Positions 52,369 through 64,000 of a stretch of DNA of 64,000 bases are shown here, piece by piece. Within the stretch, counting starts at the first letter, position 1; each line of letters begins with the position of its first letter. Under the pieces are notes generated by a model that saw only the letters and a program-made list of their open reading frames with translations, made no database searches and was not told the DNA's origin. The translations under genes and the position numbers were made by a program. Source of the DNA: Lobosporangium transversale (taxonomy: Eukaryota); NCBI RefSeq assembly GCF_002105155.1, contig NW_019029005.1, positions 186,001 to 250,000 of the forward strand, read 5' to 3'.

Positions 52369-53560
52369 CTACAGCTTGGCCTTCTTATCACCACCAACAG
52401 TCTTGCCAAGAATATTGATACCATACTGGGCGTAATCCTTGCAATGTCGCCTCTGCATGAGTCGTCCTCAATCAACAACATGAACGCATCCGTCACCATT
52501 TCAACTGAGACCAAAGGACCCATCTTCATCACATCCTCCTTGATAGGTTCAATGATCTTTGTTGGTGCGAAGCTAATATGGTCCCACAGAAAGACAAAAA
52601 AAAGTATGTGAGATATGGAGACTATGAGCAGACAATTGTTTTATATATATGGTTTCCTCTATCATACCTGGGGCGACAGCATGACACGAATCCGCTTTTC
52701 CTTAAATTGTTTGAACGACCGAGTGAAGCCGATGACTCCGAATTTAGCAGCCGCATACACAGGGGTTCGGGGCTGAGGATACAATCCAGCCAAAGAAGCC
52801 GTATTGATGATAACCCCTCCTTCAAATTTAGAGCCTTCCTTTTGGAGTTGTTTTTGAAGGGCCTCAATACCCAGACGAGTTCCCTCGATCACGGCTGAGA
52901 GCAATGTCAACGACTTTTTTCCAGATCTGTTTCTTATCTGCCCACAAAGGTTCTCCCTCTGCGATACCTGCGTTATTTACAACAATGTCGACACTTCCAA
53001 AAATGATGGAATGCTGCTTGAAAAAGCTCTGCCTGTTGAGCATAGTTGGTCACATCACATTGAATAAAATGTGCTACAGGTTTCTCCTTGCTTTTTTAGG
53101 GTGAAAATCATGAAATCATGTTTTTATTAAAAATGAATTCTCAAGTGTTTTTATTGTTCTTAAAATTTTTTTTATTACCACTTACCATGGTTCAATTCGT
53201 CCAGCAAGGCGCAGACCTTCATTCTTGTCAATGTCTCCGAGATAACCATGGCACTTGAGCGTTTCAGGAAAGAAAAAAATAATAATAATGATAATGATAA
53301 AAAAAAGTCAGCCCGAAAAGTCACCTTTTTAAAAAAAAAAAAAAAAAAAAAATTACCCTTTGCTAACAAGGCGCTCCGCAAGGGCTTTACCGAGACCTGG
53401 ATACCATAGATTTGTGAAAGAGACATAAGGAGATCATTAAGGGAATCCCTAAATAATTTGTGCGAAGCAAGATCAACCTGTGTGTAGTACGCGGGTCATG
53501 AATAAAATAGTTACCTGAGGATGCACCAGTGATAATGGCGACCTTGTTCTGGACATGCAT
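52369..53560 (-). CDS. Short-chain dehydrogenase/reductase (15-hydroxyprostaglandin dehydrogenase-like)
   Basis: MHVQNKVAIITGASS|G, VDIVVNNAGI, GGVIINTASLAGLYP..PVYAAAKFGVIGFTRS (YxxxK motif). Confidence 0.92.
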
Positions 53561-53972
53561 GATAATTAATAATGTTATTTATGAACTTGCTTTTTTTCTT
53601 TTTTTTTTTTTTTTTTTTTTTTTCAGAAAAAAAAAGGGGGATCAGAAGGAAAAGACGATGAATGGAGAGAAGAGAATGTAGAAGTGGAATGCATTAAAGA
53701 CAACTCTGTGCTTTCGAAATGTGGGGTAAATTTTCGTTGCCTAGTGACTGTGTGAGCATTTGTTCGCTCGATCATTTTTTGCCAACCACACGGATAAAAG
53801 GCCGGTGCAAACCCAATCGGTCTGAACGGGTCGTTTTATTTTCTCTGTTTCCCCTGCCTCCTCCTCGTTGTCCGATTTATATTCATGTAGGCGTCCATCA
53901 TGATATATGTTTATATATTATCAAAGGAATAGAAAAAAGTCGAGAAAAGACAATAGAATGGTATATGCTTTA

Positions 53973-56900
53973 TTACAAGAGAGTCTGTGCTACATGCTTC
54001 CATAGCATCTTAGCCTTGACCGTTGTGAATCGAATGTTCTTCAATGCCTTGTCCTCGGCTGACCACATGTCCCAATAGAATTGATCATTGCAGGTCCCTG
54101 CTCCGGAACAATCACTATTCAGCGACGAATAAGGGTCCTCTAATGACAATTTGCCTACATCCCCCATTACTTCAGTATTGCTGCTAACACCACTCAGTAC
54201 TGAAGACGCGTCCGAAACTGCAGATAATGCAGATGATTGCTTCATGGTATTAATAGACTCTTCCACATATTCATCTGATTGGTACATCCATTCATAATAA
54301 ATGCACTTTTTCGGGGTTTGACCTCTCCCTCCTTCACATGCAGCTCGAACCAAGTTCTCCTCCGCGTCCTCAAAGCAAGAGTCTCTGTGAGGACACACCA
54401 TCCAACTATCATGGAAACATTGCATAGCTGCAGCCAAATGATAATCCAACTGGTACAGCTGTCGACCGAAGCTAGAAGTCATATCATCCACAATCGTCTT
54501 AACTACCTGTGACGAGATTCTATAAGTCGATACGTGAATACAAAGATGCAATAATGCTAGATACAGCTCCGTTGGTAATCGACGGGCCTGAGGATTGGGT
54601 TTCAAGGTCGGATTTAGCTCTTGGAATATACAAGTGCTCGTTGCGGCAAATGACATTCTAGGTGAGATGGAGATAGTCGATGTCATCCCAATATCCGAGG
54701 GTTCAATCGTACTGGAAGTAGAGCTTGAAGTAGACGTTGCTGCCGCTATCTGAGGAGAACCGATGCTAACACTCTTGCGAGATTTGCCCATGGGCGAACT
54801 AGGCGATAGATTCGTTAAGTGAGGCAAATGGCGAATAGGTCCCACATTCCGCATATCTGCATAAATTTCAAACGCGAGATCCACCAATGACTCCAGAGTC
54901 ATCGGGTGCGCTTCGTTCAATGAAAGTGAAGACGATCTCCGGCGATGCTTCATGACCTCTGTCTTCACTGGGAGCGATGGAGAGAGTTCTTGCTCGGATT
55001 ATTGATCACAGATAGTGTAGCATCATATATAGCCTTGATCATACAGGACATCACAAATGGGTCACGCAGGTAGCCTTGATTCTGGGTATCGCTTCGGATA
55101 GCGCTATACACTTTGAAGGCCTTCAGGTAGCGCGAAGAGATCTCTGGAGATCGGACCGCAATAGTCAAAATATCGTGTAGGAACAATGACACAGCTGACA
55201 CTCCATTATTTATGGATATAGATTGGGCTCCCAAGGCGCCCTGAACCACTGCAGGATTTGTGGAAGGATTAGAGGAATGTGAATATGAAGGGCCAGACTT
55301 GCTCGATAGAAAAGTATGTGGGTTCGTCATCGCTTTGTTGTATACGACCCATCCACGTACTTCCCACAACTCTGGATCATGTTTCATTGGCTCCTTATTC
55401 TGCAACCCGCTGGTGTCAAAGTCATCATCATCAAAATGGATGTCACTAGCGACTATATTAGGCAATCCAGGGTGATGAGTGTCAAGGCCATTGTGTCCTA
55501 GAAAAGCATGTCTACATAGGCGCATCGCAATCTTGGCAGTATCTGCATTCTCCAAAGTAGGCCCCATTTTCTCATAAATGTGCTTCCAACCATACTCGAA
55601 TTCTCTATAGGTGATGCACTCTTCCAACATGCCATTATCGAGAACAGTAAGATGATGATTCACATTTAGTCGACTAGGAAGTACCACCGACGATGTACTC
55701 GAGTTTTCATCGGTAGCCTTTGTAAATTTGAGAGTTGAAAAGAACGAAAATGTCCCCTTGGCTGGTGCTGATGACTGCGTAGTTGTGTTCAGTGCGAGGT
55801 TCGCAGATGTGGTCGTGGCTCCAGATGGCCACGCTGATGCTATTGAGGACGTGGTCGTGGCTCCAGATGGCCATGCTGATGCTATTGAGGATGTGGTCGT
55901 GGCTCCAGATGGCCACGCTGATGCTATTGAAGGGGTACGATGATGACTGAATGATGATCTTTGCTGACCTGACTGGCTCCAGAATAATGCAAGGAAGGTG
56001 AGCGACGAAGAGAAGAAGCTAGTGATGATGCCACAGATTTGCTGCGTGCTTGTATAGGTTCTTGTCGTTGTGGAGACGCCTGAAGCTCATGCTGCCGAAG
56101 TGCCTGGGGCGTCAGCTTGGCTTCGGGGCCTGTAGAAATTTCTTTGTGCTCGGCGTTGGATGACCCTTCGACAAGGCGAGAGCGCCTCCGCTCGTATTGC
56201 ATCTTTATCTCTTCCCACTTGGATGCATCCACTTGTAGTTTGAACCATGATCTAGCCTTGGATTCTTCGTCTACATTCTGTTGCCTACTTTCCCTCAGGA
56301 AGCTGATATATTTTTGTAGCAGAGATTCAGCTTCTTGAAGCTGTCGTGGTCTGGAAAAGAGAAGGCATGTAATCATATTACGGTACACAGGTCCAGTCCA
56401 TCGCACTGGCTCGATTCGACCAAGACAATCCTGAGCCTCGTCAAACTTCTTACGTTCGATCCAATATTGGGCCATGGCAATGTGAGCACCATCCTAAAAA
56501 AAAATAAAAATAAAAAATACCAATAATAATAAATAAATAAATCCACATCGTTATCATCAGTTTGAGCTTGGTTTCTGACAATCGTGGCTTACTCATTTGA
56601 AAGTGACAGAAATTTACCTCCAGATCATATCCTCCCTGCTGTATAGAGCCGTAAAACGGGTAAACATTGCCTCCGGTGACATGACTCCTTGTCGAAGAAT
56701 CTCTTTGCCAAGCTCCTCTGCGATGTTAGAGCGGCATATGATCTTCATGATTTGCGAATACATCTTTGCAACAGCATTGCTTGATTCCTGAAGTTGACGA
56801 TAGAGGGGTGATAATGGATCATTATGCTCTAATTCTGGAGACTGATCTTGTTTGCTCTGTAAAACAGTGATGGCAGATAAAATTGCAACATATGATAGCT

Positions 56901-57875
56901 CCATATCTCTATCCCTGTTTAAGCACTGCAAGACCACCGTCGCGACATGCTCATTGGCGACATCCCATGAAGATAAACTTAAGGCAGTACCATCAGATCT
57001 TTGGGCGTCCATAGTAACTTCAGCTTCACTTGTATTCAGCAGCTGACCTTGGTCTAATTGGTATGCTTGATCTGCCTGCAAGTTCGAAGCAACTCCAGAA
57101 TCTAGAGCCCCAACCTCAGTGCTCTTCGAGACAGCAGTACTATCCCGTTCTTGAGAATTTAAAGCAGCATTCTCAAAAATAGCAGATTCTGTCTTATATC
57201 CTGTGGGTTGTTCCTGATCCTGCTGCTGAGTATATGAAGAGGTGATAGGCTTATTTGGATCAACATCACTTTCAGTAAATATGTTACCCTTAGAGCCAAT
57301 CATTGGATGTGAGTCTAGAATAGGCGCAATTGTGGGTGTGGCTGTGGTTGTTGTGCCCATAACATTCGTCGATGTGGTAGGTGAGTGTGACATACTAGTA
57401 TGCAGATTGATAGCGTCGCCAACAGAGCTGATATTGTCTATGCAATCAACAGCGGCCGATGCGGTAGCAATGAAGGTGTCGATTGTGTCGGCGATGTCTA
57501 CGTCTATGCCTTCACTTGTGCTCGTGCTTGTGCCTGTCGAGGTGAACGTGCCCTTAAGAGCCCTAGTGGCCCCACGTTGTTTCTAACTCTTCTTCAGAGA
57601 AGCGCGCCGCTTTCCCTCTACGTTATTGGTTGATTTATTTATCGGCAGATTGTTGCGCGCGAAAGAGTGGATAGTGAAAAGATGGGTGGTAGGGAGAGAA
57701 GATAAAAGGAGTGAACAGAGTAGAAGAGAAAAAAGAATAAAAAAGCCGATTTTACACATGGTATTTTTTTATTTGCAGAAAGGACGTCACATGGTTGCCT
57801 AAAATAGATTAAAGTATTACCTCGAGGAGTTACTGACCGAAGGCGCCCCGAGTCAAGGTTCGTAGTTGCTGACAC
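53973..57875 (-). CDS. Large hypothetical protein with helical-repeat-like (TPR/PPR-like) segments
   Basis: Consecutive long minus ORFs (259, 183, 240 and 331 aa) joined by introns or frameshifts. Start uncertain. Confidence 0.65.
55806..55931. repeat. 3 x 42-bp coding tandem repeat
   Basis: gatgtggtcgtggctccagatggccacgctgatgctattgag x3; reads SIASAWPSGATTTS on the minus strand. Confidence 0.93.
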
Positions 57876-58803
57876 ATCGTAGTTTTAACCGAGTACAGTC
57901 GTATGAAGGGGATGGCTGTGAAGATAAGTGCTTTAGTGGCTCTCGAGACTATATGGTTGAAGACCAGGATCGCTTGGATGACTGATTTATGGTTTACAAT
58001 GCCACTGGTAAAATGCTTAATCGTCTACTAGTTGTTTCGTTGTTGATGTGATTCTTGGATTAACTATTTAATTGAAGGATTCATTAATGAGGTGATTGAT
58101 GGTATTGATGTCTAACGAAGAAAGAGTGCTTACCATGTATTCTGCGAGCTAGAAGGGCTCAAGTATCTTGTTTGAGCTGTGAAGAAATTTGATAGACCCG
58201 ATCATTGTACTTCCTGTATGTTGGAATTTATGCACGATCCCACGTTCTATAGAAATCGTTCGTTTGCTTTTGGACAAGGCAAGCACACACGACAGGGTAA
58301 AAGTGAAGTGTTGAACGAACTTCATGCATTTCTCGTAAAGTTACTATGGCCCGCAAGCACAGCATCACTGGGTCTCTAGGTTGATTCTATACTGCCATTC
58401 TACCGATTCTTATACAGTGCTATTTCTCCCCGCTTTCCCTCCTTTGAGAATTATGTGAGAAAAGATCATAATATGAATACAAAATAGAAATAGTGGTCTG
58501 TTCACCAGAGCATCGCGTTAGAATGATACCCCTATAATCCAGACGCTCAACGATTAACGCACTTCTATGGTGTATGCAATTTACATACAGGTGCTCTGCT
58601 TTATGAAGCGTTTCTTACTATTTCATCTATTTTATCGCCAGTGAAGCATTGAATTAATATTAAAAAGGATGTAATCCAGAAGAGCTTCCACGACGATCAC
58701 TTCATTATAGGTACAAAGCCGTGTTATGGACATGAATATCATTGTGATGCAGCAATATCTAGATATGATTGTTCATGAGAGTTAAGGATCAGTTCTTTCG
58801 ACG

Positions 58804-58838
<35 letters not shown>

Positions 58839-59479
58839 CTATAATGTCATATACAAAGGCTTGATCATTGAGCGAGTAGGGCGAAAATTAGAAGAAAATG
58901 GAGGTCAAAGCAATGCTCATTTACTCACCACAATAATAATATTTAGATCGCCCGTATCGGAATTCTGTTTATTCCCTTTTTCCTTTTTCTAAAAAAAAAA
59001 AAAAAAAAAAAAAAGCATCCTCTTGTGAAGAACCAAAATAAAGAACTCTCGAATAAGTTAGGCATGTTCGTCCTTGGGTCATAAATGAATATATCCGTAA
59101 TTGATACCCTCCGATTCCCCTTCTTTTTTTAACTATTTTTTTCTTTGACAGATGGTTATTGCCTTTGTTGTGACCCAAGGAGGTTGTTTAGGGCATGTTA
59201 ACAGCGACAGGGTGACATTTCATTCCTATCCCATTGACTGCGGGAAAATAAAGAGGAACCTAAAATTACTGTGAATCCCATATTGACCTCATTTTTCGCA
59301 TATACCTCAACTTTCCATGTTACTAATCAGTCAAACTGAAAAGCTTTTGGACCGAACAAATTTATACTCATCATGTCTCTGAAACGTTCGTGCTCTCCCA
59401 GATCACATTTTTTGAGATTCTCCCGTCATCTCTATCAGATATGGGTCTTAATCATCTACCTTGATAATTTGAGCCGCTT

Positions 59480-60714
59480 ACCACTTTCTTTGAATAGCCA
59501 TTGTCTTTGCCTGTAACCCAAATTTGGGCAAGTTCGCCTTTTCATCCACCGAATTCGAGCGGCGTTATGCTGCCAAGCAGTTGGTGTTGTGTTCAGTGTT
59601 TACGGAGCATTCCTTTGAAAAATAAATAAATTGGGGTGAAAATTTTATGAAGGTTAAACTCATTTTGAGAGCGTGAGGATTGAATAGGGCCAATATATTT
59701 TATTATTTTAACTAAATTTGTGTCCATGCATTCAAACGTCCTTTCAGATGAACATTCTTCGAATACAACCCTTGCCGCTTCTGTTCCAAACTCCGATCTT
59801 ACAAATTGGGTAACTGGCTCCAAGAGTATTTCCCCAGCCCTTTCTGCTTTCTTACCCGAGTATTTGGTGCGCATTACGTAGCGGAGGAAATTGGCTAAAG
59901 CATCAAATCTTTGTTTCAGTGTCTTTTGTAAAGTTCGTAGACCAATGGCTGGAACAAACCACCTTGTATTGTAAATGATGACAGCTCAAGATCGGATAGA
60001 AATTTGAATGTATTATCTACTATTCGTTATCATGATATAGGCACCCCAGGGTATTATATACTAGCTTTTGGTCTGTCATCCTCATTTTTTTCCGGTCCAT
60101 TCACAGCAAGGACAAACTAAAATATCATTGAGAAAGCCGCTTGAAATAGAAATCTTATTTTCAAAGGAGGGTAGTTTAGAATACAGGAGGTATCAAACCC
60201 ATCTGTTCGTTTTTTGTTCTCATAAATATGGAAGAATATGTGGCGCTGGATGAATTTACAAGTATAAGGCTAAGAATACAAGCACCATAATTGCCATCGC
60301 TCCGGTAAGGCTTCTTCGCTCTATCAATCCGTATATTTTAAAGGACGACATGGGCATAATCCTGTACCCAGTAAGAAGCCTAAACAGGTGGAGAAAGTGA
60401 TCGATGAACTAGACAGTGACCGTATTCCATTTGCAGCCTTATTCTTATGAAGTTCCTCGGGATGCATCAACATCGACGACAACAATGACTGTTGGTCTGC
60501 TCTTTTTACCGAAGAAGCTCTGAAAATTTGCCTATGTACAAATGTACCCTTTTTGTTTCTTTCTTGTTGTGAATAAATAAGAACTAAGATATGCACACAC
60601 CCCCTGACGTGGATGGATCGGGGACATGAGCAAGATCCCTGTTTGTTTGTGACGATCGGATTCTTTCTGTAATGGATCTTCAAATGGTATTTTAGGAAGG
60701 GACGCTAATGCCAT
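59480..60714. pseudogene. Degenerate coding relic, possibly transposon-derived
   Basis: Minus-strand fragments (RWFVPAIGLRTLQ...; GSCSCPRSIHVRGCVHIL, SWIM-like) and a plus-strand fragment (FKGRHGHNPVP, HxH-type), interrupted by stops. Confidence 0.3.
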
Positions 60715-61508
60715 GGGAGATGAGGAAAGCTAAGAAAACACACGGAGAGAAAGATAGAAAGATCCGATGCGTCTTTAAAAAAAGGAAAAAAAAACAATGC
60801 TCTCCTCTCCCTCTCTTCAATTCCTATCGCATCTTTTTTTTTTTTTCCTTTCTTTCTCCTTTTTCATGCAGGCAAGATGGCGCGCCTAGGCATGCATATC
60901 GGATAGTCGTATCATCACGAGTGACATAAAAAAAAAATGCAATCCATGCAGTCCAATGCAAACGTAAAACCATACAAACTATGTAAATCTACTCAATTGA
61001 ACAGCACGACCCGATCGTGGTCTTCCTCCACCCCTCCACTTCTCCCGCCTTGCATCGAACTGTTATAGCATATAGCGTAGTACAATAAGACGACCTACTT
61101 TGAACTTCCTTCTCCCCTTCTCCCCTTTTTCACTTTTATTTCTGTGTGCTTTTTTTTATTTATTTCGTCTTCGAGTCATTTGACTGGAGTTAAAGTGTAC
61201 GGGAATGGAGGCAGAAAATGATTGTGATATTGCAGACCGCTTTGTTGTCCATTCTTTTTGGCTTCCTTACATGCCATGCACGATAAATGAGATTTGATAT
61301 TTGGCTATTTTGTGTTTCCTGATTCCTGTTTCTTGTTTCCTGCATTTCTTCATCCACTTTTTCCTTCATTTTTTTTTTTATTTTTTTTTTTTAAAACATT
61401 CACGAAAACCTAGGTTTTTTACTTCTCCTAAGCAACTCGTTTTTTTTTTTTTACTTTATTTTGGGGTGGTATCTTCATGAGGTAACATCACCCTGTTTCT
61501 ATATTGCC

Positions 61509-64000
61509 ATGAATAGTCGTTCATTCGCTTCTCCATCCCTAGAAAGCTCTCATCCAGTCCAGTCAACAGATGTGAATCTGAATCATTATTCCTCTTCTCA
61601 TTCTTCTCTTCAACAACTACAAAAGCAGCACTCATACTCCACTGAATTTGATTCCCAATCTCATTCTACTGTACGCCCTTTCTCAGACGACAGGCTCTGT
61701 GCACCCCTCTGTGAACAATCAGGGTGGCCAGAACAGCCAGGACAGCAGCAACAGCAACAAAACAACATCATTCAATATATCGCCTGGATATAGACATGAG
61801 TTCTTTTGAGAATTCATCCGCTACTTCTAGTGGGTCACCTTTCGGTCACCCCCCGCCTGCAGCACTGACCAATGACGCCAGTGCTCAATCTCATAATCAT
61901 CCCCAAGAGTCTACAATGGCAAAGGCAGGTTGTCCCGAAAAGCTTTGCCCAGGAAGACACCCGACATAGGAGTTATCCTCTTACTCCCTCTCATCAGTCT
62001 CGCATCCGTCACTTGTCTCCTCCATTTCCACTATCATCTCCTCCTCCTACATCTCTTTCATCCTCCTATCCTTTGCGCCATTCATCCTCCTACATGTATA
62101 CACCATCTAGTTATGATGCAAGTGTGGAGCGTGGTAGAGATAAAGAAAGATATAAGGGGAGAGAGAAGGAAAAAGAGATGGAGTTCGAGCATACAAGTTC
62201 AGAAGTTGAGAATCATCATCCTGAGGCCACAGTAGGCTCGCTTCCTTTGGGTTTTCGGCAACACCACCATTCACAGCATCAGCATCACTCTCCTCGGGAA
62301 AATGGCAGATCATCTTCTCCATCATTTAATGGCTCGATCGGAGTACAGAGCAATCAAAGCGACAGCGACCTTTATCAGCCCTCCTATCCGCAGCTGCAGG
62401 TGCAATCTCACCCTGCTGCAGGAAAAGATCATGGACTGCAGCGGGAAATCAAAGATTCTGCCATCGCCGATCGGCTATCGTCTCTTACGAAATCTATGTT
62501 TGTGCACCCTCCATGGCACGATGACAGAGAGTTTGGTCACAAAAACAATACAAACACACAACATACTACATCTTATTCGGCCCAATATCCATATAGACCT
62601 GAATTAGGTCAAAACCGTAGCAATAAGGGTGCATTCTACTATGACTTACCTAGCAGAAGCGTAGAAGATGTTCTAGATCATACCCAGGATCCATCTTCTC
62701 GCAACCATGCACACTCTTATCAGTCAGGACTTCGAGGTTTCTTACCTTCTCATAATCAAGATCCTTTGAGACATCATCACCCTTTAGACCAATACGAGCG
62801 CAATCGATATGAGTTTAATGAGAATACCCATACATCTCGCACATCTGCAAACATTGAAAGCAGCCAGTACTACTCATCCCCTTACTCTCAGGGTAAATAT
62901 CCACAAGTGAACCACCCCATTTCATTTCACGCTTCACATCGACCTTGTAGTCCTGCACAACTATCTCAGCATCAAGCTCAGCAGCAATATTCTCAGCAAC
63001 AGCACAATACAGGCCGTGAACAGCCAGAGCCTTCGATAAGCCAGTCTTTAGGAGCAAGATCAGACGTTACACCTAACTTACTTCCTCCTCCCACGAACAT
63101 TGACAGGTCGTGGAAAGGATACAATGGATGCACAGTTGACCGTAGCAGTGCACTTCATGATTCTAGCTATGATAGCAATGCAGAAGAAGAGGAAGCGTTG
63201 AGAGAGGAGGAGAATATGCAGCAACAGCGCCATCGATTCAAGTTTGGAACAGAAATGCCGAGTACAGTTGATTTAAAATCAGCGATTGAAAGTTGTGACG
63301 CACTTTGCAGGTTTGCTCTCCATTACGCAGAGCAAGCAAATGCAGTTCATAGCGGTGGTTATGACTATGGCCAAATGGATCCTGATATGCGAGCGAACTT
63401 ACAAAAAATCCGCAGTATGAATACCACTATGCTTATTGGCCTTCAGCATATCGGAGGTGGGTCCAATGAAAAGTCTGGTGCAGAAGCATCAGGCAATGCT
63501 AACAATCAACAATACGAACGAATAGAGCGAGAAATGAGTCCTCTACGATTCGGACCCGGTAGACCACCACATGAGATGGTTCATGAGCTTGCGAAGGCAG
63601 CCACATCCATATTCCAGCTAGCTATCCGTATCAGGTCTTGGATGGGGATGACTCCAGAAGAGCGGGAACTAGATGAAGAAATCAATACAATCCGCGGTAA
63701 GCGCTGTCTACTTATGGATAGTGCATTGGCATCCGCCACAATGGACCAGCATGGCAATATCCAAAAAGATTGGACCGTTGTCCCTGCTGCTGCATCAAAC
63801 TCCAAGTCTTTTATGAACGACAGCGGATCTGGAGCAGCACCGACACACATCTTATAGTCAAGGTCAGAAGCATCACAACACTATGCGAAGAATAGTCGAT
63901 TACCTGGCCGTACTTCAGATTATCGTGGTCGGCGCGGTGGCATGGATACGGACGTTGATGGCTTTGGAAATAATAGCGACACAATGATATCTGTCTCGAT
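61509..64000 (+). CDS. Large Q/H/S-rich protein, probable transcription factor (3' end outside the window)
   Basis: 661-aa ORF plus frameshifted flanks, with the conserved-looking block AIESCDALCRFALHYA...HEMVHELAKAATSIFQLAIRI. It recalls Mortierellaceae GATA factors, but no zinc finger is visible in the window. Confidence 0.65.

Noticed and set aside
16561..64000. Programmed frameshifting or mass pseudogenisation of housekeeping genes
   Set aside because: The indels are scattered and hit essential genes whose sequences are otherwise conserved; sequencing error is the simpler explanation.

Overview
Eukaryotic, intron-rich fungal DNA with GT-AG introns and long poly(A/T) tracts. Gene content (Crinkler-type genes, SMG9, C2-C2-vWA copine) points to an early-diverging fungus, probably Mortierellaceae (inference). 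About 1-16.3 kb is an accessory, decayed zone: two PD-(D/E)xK REase-like genes, a Crinkler (CRN) pseudogene, gene relics, a fold-back element, a short poly(A) retro-insertion with a 14-bp target-site duplication, satellites, and an apparently non-coding, spliced, highly structured locus. That locus carries an ~85-bp stem whose imperfections are mostly G-U on the + strand, making it a candidate pri-milRNA/hairpin-RNA gene and the most interesting signal here. About 16.5-64 kb is ordinary gene-dense sequence: SMG9, a Hal/Npr-type kinase, glutamate-cysteine ligase modifier subunit, asparagine synthetase, RDS3/PHF5A, GTP cyclohydrolase I, copine, a paxillin-like LIM protein, an SDR and several hypothetical proteins. 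Many conserved genes carry single-base frameshifts that look like long-read assembly errors, so gene boundaries are approximate and span introns. All family calls come from motif recognition by eye; no database searches were run.
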